63,603 nt of DNA, filler included, from Octopus bimaculoides (GCF_001194135.2; 8 parts of 8 records of this genome joined end to end with filler, not necessarily neighbours in it); one strand, 5' to 3'. Numbered from the whole stretch's first letter, positions 26,496 through 40,570 are shown. Notes: generated by a model not told the origin, from the letters alone. Translations and numbers: made by a program.

Positions 26496-27311
26496 TAAAT
26501 TGGATATACCAGTTTGCATATTATAACATACAATGAATGCATTCTTGGTAACAACTATTAGTGTGCTAGCATTGTTGTCTTTCAATAATATTATATACTA
26601 TAGAGTATATCTATAGATATTAGGCAACACTTTATGCAATATAGAGATATAATCACTTGGTCTCATCATCATCATCATCAACATCTCCCTCATCATTCTT
26701 GTCATCTTCATTGCCATCATCATTGTCATCGTCGCTGTTGTCATCATCATTATCATCATCATCATCATCTTCTGTTAATGCCCATCTTCCATGCTGGCAC
26801 AGATTGGATATTTCGAAAGGATCCAGTAGGGTGGAAGACTGCATCATGCTCCAATATCTACTTTGACATGTTTTCTAAAGCATGAAACCTGTTCTGTTCC
26901 GGGTCCTTCTTACACATTTTAACCTCTCACCTCCTAGAATAAAGCTATCTTCCTCTTTATTGTAGCTCTACTCAGTCAAAAGGAGTCTCAGTCTGGCACA
27001 CTGCATGACAACTTCACTTGTGGTGTTGTCACAAATAAAAGGCACCCAGTAGACTCTGTAATGGGGTCGGTATGAGAGGGAGTGCATCCAACTATAGAAA
27101 TTTTGCCAAAGCATACATTAGAGCTCAACAGGCTTCTGTGTTGTTGGATCCTGTTGAATAGTTAAACCTATGCTAGCATGGAAGACAGATGTTTGATGAT
27201 GATGGGTTAGTCTTTGGGTGCCTTTAACAAAGGTCACTTTGTTGCAAATATTTGGAAGAAGGTGTTTTCTGTTTTGAGGATACCTTCCCCATTCTTTCCC
27301 TTCCATATCAG

Positions 27312-27373
27312 GGATAATGGAAACAATGACTAGAACAGCTAAGCTAAAAAAGGAGGCATTTATACTTGATCTG
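27312..27373 (+). CDS. Candidate internal exon (IMETMTRTAKLKKEAFILDL)
   Basis: Pyrimidine-rich ttctttccccttccatatcag acceptor, gtaaaa donor, a single open frame. An overlapping minus-strand candidate also exists. Confidence 0.22.
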
Positions 27374-28394
27374 GTAAAAATAGCAATCAAATTTTTATTG
27401 AACTATACCTTAATGTCATTAAAACAAAAAAGCTAGCAAAAACAGAAAAAGACAAGATGGTTAGAAGTGGACCCTCTATATAATTGCTAGATCTGCTAGA
27501 AACAGCAGAAAGATCTTTCTTAAATCATACCTCATTGTCTTAAAAAGGAATGAGATGGTCACAAACGGTTCAGGTTTGACTTAGGAAATCTCTATGTAGT
27601 CACTAGATCTGTTAGAAATAACAGTCAACATCCCTTAAATCACATCTTACTATCTTAATTAAGGAAAAGACACACATTCTAGGATGGCTGTGGTTGGAAT
27701 GTCTTTGATTATAGGTTTACTTATTTGATCAAAAGATAAACAACATCGTGTAAGCTGTGCTGACGAACTAAAAGGAAATCCAGTTAATATATAGATAAAT
27801 TAGAATTAAAAACCAGCTGCAGAATGTACACGATAGTAAGAAGATACAAGAATTTGGTGGTGTTAAAAGTTTTTTTTTTCTTTTTCATAAAGTTTATATG
27901 AAATTTACTCATGATTAATGGTCTTTGGTAAAATTTATTCTCATGCTAATGAAGTCTTCTCAAAGTAAGCCAATCAGGAATTATATTCTATATTTACAGT
28001 CTATTGATGCTTCATTGCCAGATAAAACCATCTGTTGATTCCATATGAAGGGAAACCATTAACCGTTTTGACACCCAACCCACCTGACATTGCTCCTTGG
28101 TTTTAAGATCCAAACTTCTTGCTTTCATTTTTCAATATAAATATATTTAACCCCTCTTTAACAATATTTCATCGCCAAAGTGGTTTTTTAGGATATCAAT
28201 TCTGCTGTGGTGGGCAGGTGTTCTTGAGTACAGCAAAATGCCAGATATTGCAGTGCTTTGTCATCTTCTTTGCAAGGGTCAGTATCTTGAGATCAGCCTT
28301 CAGTACTTCCTTCCATTTCTTCCTGGGTTTCCCTCTCCCACAAGTACACACACATGCACACATATGCACCCCCCCTCCACACACACTGGAGCAC

Positions 28395-28845
<451 letters not shown>

Positions 28846-29636
28846 AGCATGACTGTATGGTATAGAAGTTTGACTTCCCGACCATGAGGTTTCAGGTTCA
28901 GTCATGCTGTATGGCATCTTGGACTAGTGTCTTTTACTATAACCTTAACCAGGCCACAGCCTTGTGATTGCTGAAACTAAAAGATGACCAATTTGTGTGT
29001 GTGTGTGTGTGTGTGTGCACGTGCGCGTGTGTGTATGTCTACACACACACACACACACACAAACAGACATATGTTTCTCTCTATCTATCTACACACACAC
29101 ACACACACACGTGCATATAACTGGCTTCTGTACAGTTTCGGTGTACCTTTATTCCCTTTAGTAAACCGAAGGCTGTAGTGAAAAACACTTGCCCAAAATG
29201 TCACCTACCAAGATCAAACCTGAAGCCACATGGCTGCAAAGTAAGTTTCTTAACCACATGGTCATACCTGTACCTTAGAATATTCTCAGAAAACCAGGAG
29301 ATATCTGCTAAGCACTTCGAGAGAAAATGATATTTAGTATCTGTCTTCTGGTTAAGTAAACTTCTCATTTTTTTATATATTTCTGAAAGCTTTCTTAGAT
29401 AAATAAGTAATATTTTTGTCTGGATTCAGGCACCATTTTCTTGTCTGTATATAATTCATCTACAACAGAATATTCAGTTGAATTATTTTTGAATGATGTG
29501 TCTTTGATTGTCACTTTGAATAACTGTGCATTGCAATAAAAAAAAAGAGAGAAAAACTGAAATACAGTTTAGCTCATTAAACAGTAGATATGTATAAGAT
29601 GTGATCTGTTTGACAAGTTACCGTCAGTCCATCTAC

Positions 29637-29672
<36 letters not shown>

Positions 29673-29789
29673 TTAACTCTTGAGTGGCAACTATGAATAT
29701 TGGAAGTGAGTTCATTTGTCAAAAGCTATTTTAAAGAATATAGATAAAAAAATTGGATCAATAGAGCCATATGAATAATCTTTACTTAC

Positions 29790-29912
29790 TTCCTAAACTA
29801 AAATTCAATACATTTGTGTCATTTTCAAAGCTTGCAGAAAAAGAATTGGTTTCTAATATGGTCGAAATCCAGAGAGCAAAACTTCTCTGACTTAATGCCT
29901 TGAGATTTGATA
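29790..29912 (-). CDS. Candidate 123-nt internal exon (SNLKALSQRSFALWISTILETNSFSASFENDTNVLNFSLG)
   Basis: taccag acceptor, gtaagt donor, open phase 1 to 1 in AT-rich DNA. No homology recognised. Confidence 0.25.
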
Positions 29913-30293
29913 CTGGTAGTTTAACAAGAACTATCCAACTTTTGTTTCTAAATCTATCAAAACTAATTTAATGAAAAATGTATGTATATTTTTAGAAGCA
30001 AATCTTTATTAATTAAGTAAAGATGTGACATGTAGATGTCTATTATTTATAAATTCTTCATCTCTTTTGTATCCAAGTCAATGCTAGATGGTTTGGTTTG
30101 CTTATTCTAAAGTAGGTTTGAAAGAGATGATGTAAGAGAAAAATAAAGTATAACATATTTGTTATTTATTTTCAAACTAATAAGAAATCAATATGGTTCT
30201 AAGAGTAAGCTATTTCATACATATATATATATACATATATATATATATGTATGTATGTATATATATATATATATATATATATAGGGGCTCTCA

Positions 30294-31080
30294 GGGGCAG
30301 CCTGTCAAAGGCTTTCTCCAAGTCAAGAAAAGCCAAATACAGAGGTTTATCTTTAGCTAGATATTTCTCCAGCAGTTGCCTTACCAGAAATATAGCATTG
30401 GTACTACTTCTGCCTGGCACAAAACCAAACTGTATCTCATCTAGGCTAACTCTCTTCCTAATTAGTTGGGCTATGACTCTCTCTGTAACTTTCGTCACCT
30501 GATCCAATAATTTGATACCCTTGTAGTTATTTCTATCTAAAGCATCACCTTCACCCTTCTAGCAGTTGACTATGGTGCTGCCACACCAGTCATTGAGTAT
30601 GACTCCTTCATGAACTCCTGCATGAACTATTATTTACGATGTGAGTGACAAGACCATAACTCACACTGCCTGATACTTTAAGCATCTCAGCAGTGATTCC
30701 TGATGGGTCAGGTACTTTCCCTGTCTTCATATCCTTAATTGCTTTATCTACCAGGGTACTGTCAATGTGGGTAGCTGGTCCCTCAAGTGGGTCGATTTTG
30801 GCAGACTCTCCTCCACCCATTCATTCTCCACATTCAGAAGTCTTTCATAATGACATCTCCAAGCCTCTTTCTTTGCAGCATCATTAAACGCAAGTGCACC
30901 TTCATCCATGTGGACCATTTCTCTCCTATGACATCATGGTTTTCTCTCACACGCTGTCTTGCAATCTGAAATACTTCAGTTCTTTGGGCCTCACATCGCT
31001 GAACATTGGCAAACTTCTTCTTCTCTGCTACTGCCTTGGCTATCTGGTACATTCTCCTTACATATTTAATAGTAAAGTCA
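30294..31080 (-). mobile_element. RTE-type LINE reverse-transcriptase fragment (frameshifted)
   Basis: VDKAIKDMKTGKVPDPSGITAEMLK and VTERVIAQLIRKRVSLDEIQFGFVPGRSSTNAIFLVRQLLEKYLAKDKPLYLAFLDLEKAFDRLP (RT domains 0-3). Confidence 0.92.
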
Positions 31081-32859
31081 GCACTTGTAAACATAATAAA
31101 CCAAGAAATTTTAATTTAACTTAAGGGTGAGAACAAATCTAAATATTCACTACTGGTAAAAAAAATGGCTGGGGAGACAACTTCAATGTTTCAATGAGGC
31201 AATGTGGCCAATGCCTGTGTTGTGTAACTAGCACCTATGTCGGTAGCATGTAAAAAGCACTTTTTTGAGTGTTGGGCCTCTTGGAAACAATGACAAATAA
31301 CTGGCACGTAAAAGCACCCATTACACTCTCAGAGTGGTTGTTGTTAGGAAGGGTATCCAGTTGTAGAAACCATGTCAAATCAGACTGGAGTCTGGTGCAG
31401 CTTTCAGCTTACCAGCCTTGGTCAAACTGTCCAACCCATGCCATCATGGACAATGGACATTAAATGATGATGATAATGATGATCAAATGCAAAGCAGATT
31501 GAGTTTGATATCTGATATTATGGTAAATTTGCTGGGCATGTTTCAGAATTATTATCCCTCATCATCAAAGTAATAGTTTAACTGTAATGGCTGAATCTTA
31601 GAATGACAAGTTTTCCATGAGTGAATTTTAAGTAGCATGATACGGCAATTTACAGAATAAGTCAATAAAAAAAAATAAACCTTTGATGATTAAATAGTAT
31701 TGATTTTAATATATATTAATTAAACTTCTACTCATTATCAAAATATAATTTTAATTTCAAACCAAAACAAATGATTTGTTTAATAGATGTAGGAATTCAA
31801 ATGACATTCATAAATAAAGTAGCTCTATTAGAATTGTAAAAAAAATTCCAATGAAATGTCATATCGTTAGGTCATGTTATTTTTAACCATTATAGGATTA
31901 AATTAAAATGAAACGCACACATACATACATGCATACATACATGCATATGTATACACACACACATGCACACACACATAGGACAAACAAGATTATGAGAGAA
32001 AAATGAATTCTAAAGATTCCAAGATTATATTTACAGAATGATTCATGCATTTACTTCTTCGTATTTTTTCTGTTATAGCTTAAGCATTTAAGAATATTGT
32101 GTGGGAGTACTGTTCATTAAATGTAAGATTTTCATTTCACATATATTTGAACTGCTTACAAACATATTTTGTAATTTTTATTATTATCGTCATTTCAATG
32201 AATTTAGAATTATTTTTGACAGCTGATATGCCTTAGAAAAGGAAATTTCTAGAGCTTTTAGCTGAAAAAAAAAATCATGAACAATAAACACTTCCCTAAT
32301 TCAATAATAACCATCTTAAACTGATGGTTGCAGAGATTTGCTTTTAGTTTACTGAAAATTTAAAAGATGTGGCCTAGTAGTTAGGTTGTTTGGCTCATGG
32401 TCAATAGGTTGTGGGTTCAATTCCTGCACTAAGCATGTCATTACATGATGCTCCAGTTTCCTCAGCTGTAATGAGTTCCAGCTGAGTGCTGGTGCAGCCC
32501 TCTCTCCCTACTGCTGTTACTTCTTGGCAGTTACACTGAGTCAAGGGCTGGAAGGCCGAGAGGGTATCTGTGTCTGTTTGCAGCTAGAAAAACAGCTAAA
32601 ACAATTAGCAAAAACATGGTACATGTCACCAAGCCATATTTGCCTGCAAGTAGAACAGAAAAATATTCAGTGTATATAAGAATGACATTATTCAGTAATA
32701 CAATCTGAGAATTTATAAAGTTTATGTTATTCCCTTCATTTCATTTTCTTGTATGTCTTTTTAGTTTTAGTTTTAATTTAATGCTAGTAATTGTTAAAAA
32801 CAATCCAGTCATCTTCAAACAGACAATGTATGACCTATAAGTGGAACATCTTTTATCAT

Positions 32860-33060
32860 TGGTCACTTGGATTAACACTGACCTAGGCATTAAGCACCAA
32901 CAACACAAATTCCCAGAAACTGCTACCTCCACATTACTAAGGCCAGATATGGTACTGATCTTAGGAACATCCAAGCTGGCGGTTCTGAGAACTCTGTATT
33001 CCTTAGGAGGACTGCATTGAAGAGGTGAATGAGAATTAGAGAAGGAAATATGCTGAGTTG
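32860..33060 (+). mobile_element. Fragment of a restriction-like-endonuclease (RLE; HERO/R4/NeSL-type) non-LTR retrotransposon
   Basis: DLGIKHQQHKFPETATSTLLRPDMVLILGTSKLAV, then after a frameshift ELCIP*EDCIEEVNEN*RRKYAEL. This fits the RLE signature RPD.V....K.....ELTVPWE...EEA.E.K..KY. Confidence 0.75.
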
Positions 33061-33074
33061 ATTGAGTTATGCCA

Positions 33075-33290
33075 TTGGCTTAGTGGTTAGTGTATATGGC
33101 TCATGATTGTAAGGTTGCGAGTTCGATTCCTGGTGGTGCATTGTATCCTTGAGCAAGCCACTTTATTTCACAATGCTCCAGTTTACTCAGCTGGCAAAAA
33201 TGAGTTACACCTGTTATTCAAAGGGTCAGCCTTGTCACATTCTATGTTATACTGTATATCCCTGAGAACTACATTAAGGGTACACATGAG
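33075..33290 (+). mobile_element. tRNA-derived SINE variant; relatives at about 21490-21605 and 32370-32480
   Basis: tggcttagtggttagtg..gagttcgattcctgg..ccttgagcaagccactttatttcacaatgctccagtttactcagctgg. Confidence 0.7.
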
Positions 33291-34643
33291 GAGGTTAATA
33301 GTCAGAAAAATTATGATTATATTAACAATGTCTCATCTCAAATACTTAATATATTGATCATAATTAGCTGAACTGTATTAATTAACTCTTCCTGAATGCT
33401 ATAGTATCATATAAGACTGTATTGTTTAAGCCAGTCCTGAAACATATGGTAGTGCCCAAATTGTACTAACCTTATTTACATTTATTTTGAGGGAAGTGAA
33501 ATCTCTAATGTAAGAGACAAAACTGTAATCTTTTCCTCCATTGTTTCTGTTCTGTAATGGAAATATTACAAAACTGGGCTTATGACACATTAATATAAGG
33601 CATATTAATGTACCATGAGGATGAAGAGGTTCAGCTCAAAATATTAGATATTTTCTCTCTTTACAGCCGTTTGACTTCACTTACTGCTATGTAAGCATTC
33701 TAATCATCATGACTCAGGCTACTATGGATTACTATTAATCTGTTCCTATTCTAGGGATTATGTTTGATTATCAGTATGAAAGTAAATAGTATAATAATGT
33801 AACCATACTAATTACACAGTTCAACCATATAAGCATATGCTTCCTGCTGCTACTCATCCTCACACATACTTAATAATACACATATCACTTTGACAGAAGA
33901 TCCTAGCTGCATGGTTGGTTTATACAGAACATTCCATCTATAAATTGATGATACTTACGTTTATGGTCTTGAATGTTATTCAAATGGGCCGTAGCTATTC
34001 TGAAATCAGCTGAAAGACTTATGTGTTGAGTTGAAATGGCACAATGTGTGTGTGTACTTATGACCATGTCTTTGAATATAGAGTTGGAATGTGACCTAAA
34101 AACCTCTTGACTTCATAGTCATAGCATGTGTTTTATTGTATTTTTGGATAGTGTACACATCTTCACCACCGTCATTGTTGTCACCACTGCTGCCATTGTC
34201 ATCATTGTTTTATTGTCCACATTTTTTCCTTGTTGAAGTAGATTTTCTACAGAAAGATGCCCTTCCTGTTGCCAATCTTCACCTGTTTAAGCCTGTCAAA
34301 CAGCCTGGACATAGTTATGAGCCTATTTTTGTTTACAGAGTTTGCATATATCAAAACATGTCAAGAAGCCCAGACATGTTTTTGTAGCTGACTGCAAGCA
34401 TAAGACAGCAACAATATTGATGGCAAGGCTGTTGTTTTGTTCAAAGTCAACAAGCATGTAAAGACAAAGAGAAACCCATACTAACACATTTGCACACAGA
34501 CGTGTTCACACACACACACACACACGCACACATTTATTTATGTATATATCTGTCTCTCTATCTGTTTATATCTATCATTCTATGTATATTTACATATACA
34601 CTAATATACTTAATCCTATGTGTCTCATTTCACTTTGCTGTAG

Positions 34644-34825
34644 GAAATAGCAGATTATGTGGGAATATTTACTGGGAAAAACTGTATTGCTTAGGAAGTG
34701 CCATGAATACGAAGATTATTATAAGATCTTATGAATATCTTTGGACTACAGAAGACATTGTTAAAAAGTTTTACAGACATATTGGTTACAAGTTTGACCA
34801 TACAGATATACTTGCTGTGTATTAA
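34644..34825 (+). CDS. Candidate terminal exon (GNSRLCGNIYWEKLYCLGSAMNTKIIIRSYEYLWTTEDIVKKFYRHIGYKFDHTDILAVY*)
   Basis: catttcactttgctgtag acceptor and 59 open codons of non-repetitive composition; weak GNAT-like LxT..FY..GY. Confidence 0.25.
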
Positions 34826-36459
34826 TCGGCCAAGTAGATATATTAGTTTCTCTGTCTCACCACTCAAAGACACTTGCTTAGGAAAAAATTCTACTTAATG
34901 CCACTCAGTTTAGCTTTGGCTATTCACTTGTATATACATAAAGGAATCTTTCTCTGCATATTAAGACATGATTGTATTTTGTTATGACGATAGTAAGATA
35001 TTTCTGACTAGAAATATCTGTTTAGAGCATTTTGTATTTCCCTCACAGCATACTTAGTATTGATCTCAGTCATCACAATATTGGTTGCATTAAGGAAATG
35101 GTGAACCAAAGAACCGTAAAGTAGATAACGTTTGAAAGGAATATCAAAAATATCTTTAAAATCAAATGAGAGTATAATCTCTGATATTGAAGCTGTCAAA
35201 ATTCTTCAAAAGATCAAAATGTTTAGAGCAATAAACATCAAAGAACTTATTAGTCAAAAATTGTCATAAAATTGCTTGGAGTTTTAAAATGATGTTTTGT
35301 TCATATTCATTTATATATTTTAATTTAGTTCATTTTTGAATTCTTTTGTAAGTACTTTCAACACTTCAAGTTTAGAATTTAAAAAGGGATTAACAAAAAA
35401 AAAAAAAAAAAGATAAAAGTTGAAGTTTATATTTTCACTATTCCTTTTCTTCATTTTCCTTTTCTTTTTTTTTCCTTTGAAGCTTTGTTTTAGATAGATC
35501 TGTAAATTTTGATACTTGTGAGTATTCTTAAATCTATGTACAATACCTAGTGCCACCGTTATCACAACAAAAATTGTGTTAATTTCTTGTTAGTTATGAT
35601 GAAGAGACTAGAATAAAATATTTTCTTAAAGAATATCTTTTGATCATATACCATAAAAGTCCAATTATTACATGCATGATTTTTTGGAAACTTAAATTGT
35701 CTTTAAAATCTTTCATTTATACCCCCATCCTTAATATTAATCTTGATTTTAGTGGAAATAAAGTATGTTGTATACATGGAGTTTCATGACAGTCCCATGT
35801 GTTTAGAATATTTTCTCTAATGTACTCATCCTTTTATAAGACAAATGTTTTAATATTTTGGGCTGGGGATGAGGATTCGGTTGTTATTTTTAGCAGATGA
35901 AGCAACCATAATAATAGTTCATTTATTAGATTATCATAACTTTGACCCTTTTGATATCAACCTATCCAAGACCACCCCTTGATCTATGACACAAACTTCT
36001 TATTTTAAAGTGATCTGAATCAAAATGTTTTTTCATCAAAGTCTCATGTTAATTTTTCTTCCAAGCACCTCCTTCATAACGACAATGATTTTACTAAATT
36101 CTTCATTATTTTTCAAAATGAATTGAAACAAAGGCAGTGTATTTTAATAAGAATATAGTGATGATTAGCTACTGTGGATGGCTGCTGCTAAGTTTGAGAG
36201 CAGCAGCCTTCATTAAACAGACTTATTGGTCAAGGACAGTAGCTTGCAGTGCTGGGTCCAACCTTCCTGATGGTAGAGTTAGCTGCAACTGCCTAACATT
36301 CATCCTTTCTACTGAGTTTATTTATCACTATATAAACCAGAGTAAAATTCCAGCCCTTGACATTTTTGTGGTTTTATGGTTTAAGATTGTCAAGTACTGG
36401 GTTTGCTGGTATGGATTTAACCCCTCACCCTCAAAACAACTGACCTTGTGCATAATCAG

Positions 36460-36660
36460 CCGGTAGAACTGTTAAAATGTTGAGCAAAATGCTTAGCAGC
36501 ATTTCTTCTGGTTCTTTACATTCTGGGATTATAATCTTATGGAGGTCATCTTTGCCTTTCATCTTTTCAGAGTCAAAAAAATAAGATACAAGTCAAGGAC
36601 TGGGATCAGTGTAGTCAACTAACCCCTTCCCCCTAAAATTGCTGGTCTTGTGCTAAGATT
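36460..36660 (+). mobile_element. Family-2 SINE, heavily CpG-decayed; also 21865-22070 (+) and 38125-38345 (-)
   Basis: caaaatgcttagcagcatttcttc..gaggtcatctttgcctttcatcttttcagagtcaaaaaaataag. Confidence 0.7.
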
Positions 36661-36998
36661 AGAATGATGGTAAAAATGGTAAAAGTGAATGGCCCTACTC
36701 TTGAGTATGTGCCTGTAGATTGGAGAGCAGGAGAGAGGGTTGATACTGTTGGTGGTCAGAGTAATCCTGGATCTATGGAGTTCCTTGATTGGCCCTAATT
36801 GGAGTTTCTCCTATATCAAGAGGACTGCATCATTCATGTTATCACATACGTTGTATACTTTTATCGCATTTCACTATCTTTTTTTCCATTTCTTTCTCCG
36901 CATCTTTTATGTAAATCCCCATGCAAATTGTTTTCTGTCCTTGTGATGCCCCCTTCCTCTATATGCCTGTGGTTTATGAAAGAAATCATTAAATAATG

Positions 36999-37037
<39 letters not shown>

Positions 37038-37038
37038 A

Positions 37039-37086
<48 letters not shown>

Positions 37087-37208
37087 CATTTTTATTATTA
37101 TTATTCAGTAGTCTTATTTTTATCATGTGCTTTCACTGCACTACCGAACACAGCTCTTGTATGCCTTGGGTATGTGCTGTGGTTTGTTGTGGTGCTCTTA
37201 TTTCCACT

Positions 37209-37248
<40 letters not shown>

Positions 37249-38702
37249 CATTATTATTATTATTACTATTAATGTTATTGTTATTATTATTATTATTGTC
37301 TTCTGTGAAACTAACTGAAAGTGAACAAAGAAATTTCATCGTGTTCTTGTTATTATAAACAATTTAAGACTTGAGCTTAAAAAATATATGTATGTATATA
37401 TATGTGTGTGAGTGTATATATTTATATATGTATGTATGTATATATGTGACTATATGTATGTATATATGTATGTATATATATACATACATACATATATACA
37501 TATATATATAAACATGCATATGTATATATATATATATATGTAATTGAGAAAGTCTTTTAACTCTTCTAATCCAGCTGCTTTAAGCATCTCTTTTGTAGTC
37601 AGTTCATTTTCCTTGTGTTTAATTAAAGACTGATTACTGTTGTTCATGCTACATTGTCTTCGGGTAATTGTTCTTCTTTGAAAATTCTTATACCTTTAGA
37701 ATTTTTTTTACTGTAGATCATTGAAAATTTATTACTGTTTTTTTTCTTTCTACTCTATACAAGTTTGTGAGTCATATGTAGTATTCCAAGATGTGTTCAG
37801 CAGTGTTTATATATGTGTTTGAAGTTAGTCAAATTAAGTAATAAATTCCGATAGTTTTTAATATTATTTTCTTCAACATTTTTTCCTTTGACTATAAATC
37901 AAAAATTGAATGGTTTAACCAATCAACAATTCTGGGGAAGGAACTGAAGAGTGCAGTTTATCTTGCTTCCATTCTCTGATTCCTCTGTTCCATGATATCA
38001 TCATCAATTTAATGTCTACTTTTTTATGCTTGCATGGGTCAGATAAAATTATTTTAGTACTTCCAATCATTGGAGTGCAGTCATGCTGGGGTACCACCTT
38101 TAAGGAGCTTAGTCAACCATAGTGTTTCTAATTTTTTTGGCACAAGGCCAAAATTCTTGCAGGAAGAGGTATTTCAATTACATCAACCCCAGGAAACAAC
38201 TGGTACTTATTTTATTGCCTCAGAAAGGATGAAAGGCAAAGTCAGCCTTAGCAGAATTTGAACTCAGAACATAAAGACAGACAAAATTCTGTTAAGCATT
38301 TTGTCCAGCATGGTAATGATCCTGCCAGCTTGTCACTTTAGTCGAGTCAGTCATATTGACTCCAGAACCTGTTTCAGTTTGGTATTTTTATTTTATCAGT
38401 TGAAATTTTGTGAAGGATCATTGCTGTTGAAGATTAACTATAGTTTGTTGTAACACTGACAGCAGACCCTTATATATTGGATAAACACCAGCAGCAGCGG
38501 CAACAGTAGCACAAATAATAGAAGTTATAGCAACAGCAGCAGTTTTATTGATGTTTGCTATGCTTATTGTAGTGGAAAAATACCAAAAAGAGGAAAACAA
38601 CAACAGCAAAATAAGGTTTCTGGATTAAGGGGTGAACAGAGAAGTAGTTCAGTGTTTATGGCAAGGGTCATTAATGCAGAAAATAGAAGTTTTCTAATTT
38701 AG

Positions 38703-38766
38703 AATCAAAACCATTCAAGGAATTCCATTCATTGAGAACCTTCAAACTGCACAACTGACAGCATCA
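38703..38766 (+). CDS. Candidate internal exon (RIKTIQGIPFIENLQTAQLTAS)
   Basis: ttttctaatttag acceptor, gtgagt donor, only one open frame. Confidence 0.3.
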
Positions 38767-39058
38767 GTGAGTAATTAAATTATCCGTTACATAGATAACG
38801 AATGGTGCACCATGGAGTACTAAGATAATTGTACACAGAAAATTGTAAAGGGGAGCCATTCAGGCATTATGTTTAAATGACAATGTAATTATGTTTATAA
38901 AATTATACAGTAAAATGAATGCAAAATTGATCAAAACCATGTAATTATGTATGTATTAGCAGTACCACCCTAAATATATGTATATATATATATATGCATC
39001 TATGTATGTATGCATGTATATGTATGTATGTATGTATATATATATATGTATGTATGTA

Positions 39059-39113
<55 letters not shown>

Positions 39114-40012
39114 ATATATATGTGTGTGTGTGTATATATATGTGTGTGTGTGTGTATATATATATGTATGTATGTGTATATATATATGTATGTATGTGTA
39201 TATATATATATATATGTATATGTATATATGTATGTATGCATGTATATGTATATATGTGTGTATATATATATATATATATGTACATNNNNNNNNNNNNNNN
39301 NNNNNNNNNNNNNNNNNNNNNNNNNNNNNTTAATTAATTAANNNNNNNNNNNNNNNNNNNNNNNNNNNNNNNNNNNNNNNNNNNNTATAAAAATAAAACT
39401 ACTGAATAATAATAATAATAATAATAACAATAACACAAAAAGCAACACAACAAAAAAATATGAAATTAGAAATTGTTTTTATTTTATTCTTAACAAAAGT
39501 TCTATGTACAGCTACGATGAACATATCGGAAATGACAAATTATAATCAGGCTGGGGTGCATCTTATACCTCCGTACACCGTACATCTTGCCTTGTAATTC
39601 GTAATGTACTCTCGTCTCCCTCTCCCCCAAATGTTTATATGTGTTAAAAGAGGGATACTTATGAACAGCTGTAATCATTGTCTGCTAATTAATGAATCGC
39701 TCCGTCTTCACTGCCAACTAAACACCAAAGATAATTCATGGTGTATTATCTTTTATACATGTTATGTGTGTGTGTGCGTGTGTACATAAATATGTGTGTA
39801 CGTACATGTAATATGTGTGTGTGTTTGTACATACATGTGTATATATATGTGTGTGTACGTGTGTGTGCGTATATATGTGTATATAATATATATGTATGTA
39901 TGTGTGTATGTACGTATGTATTTGCGTGCGTGTATGTACATATATGTATGTGTGTGTGTGCTCTCTTTATTTATATATACATATATATACATACATATAT
40001 ACATATATATAC

Positions 40013-40043
<31 letters not shown>

Positions 40044-40439
40044 NNNNNNNNNNNNNNNNNNNNNNNNNNNNNNNNNNNNNNNNNNNNNNNNNNNNNNNNN
40101 NNNNNNNNNNNNNNNNNNNNNNNNNNNNNNNNNNNNNNNNNNNNNNNNNNNNNNNNNNNNNNNNNNNNNNNNNNNNNNNNNNNNNNNNNNNNNNNNNNNN
40201 NNNNNNNNNNNNNNNNNNNNNNNNNNNNNNNNNNNNNNNNNNNNNNNNNNNNNNNNNTACACACACATTTGGATAATAAATGGAATACCTGGTGTGGAAA
40301 ATGGGGAATAGGCCTTGTCATATGATATGATGATATGTATACACACACACACTCACACACACACACACGCACTCACACACGCACTCACACACACACTCTC
40401 CCTCACACACACACACACATATATACTTATAGGTCAAAA

Positions 40440-40570
40440 TTGTGGAAAAAAACAAAACGCACAAGGCAGAAACAGGTGAGAGAACTACAAACAATGTGTA
40501 TTAGTTTGACGCTTAGGAAAAAATGGAAACGTTTCTGGCGTTTCGAACCTACGCTCTTCTCCAGAAAGGT
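40440..40570 (-). mobile_element. Penelope-like terminal remnant with a hammerhead-like motif, inside the presumptive HES 3'UTR
   Basis: Minus strand: tttCTGGAGAagagcgtaggttcGAAAcgc..aagcGTCaaactaatacac. Confidence 0.5.

Noticed and set aside
27900-28130. gtaagc donor at 27965 and ttacag acceptor at 27999 as exon boundaries
   Set aside because: The implied intron is only about 35 nt, all downstream frames stop quickly, and the right part is a MITE end.
29831-29915. Plus-strand frame LAEKELVSNMVEIQRAKLL*LNALRFDT with an in-frame TGA (selenocysteine or readthrough idea)
   Set aside because: It is the antisense shadow of an open minus-strand frame; no SECIS or homology evidence.
39724-39730. 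miR-9 seed match ACCAAAG near the HES 3' region
   Set aside because: It is on the plus strand, antisense to the HES mRNA. No K, Brd or GY boxes were seen in the proximal UTR.
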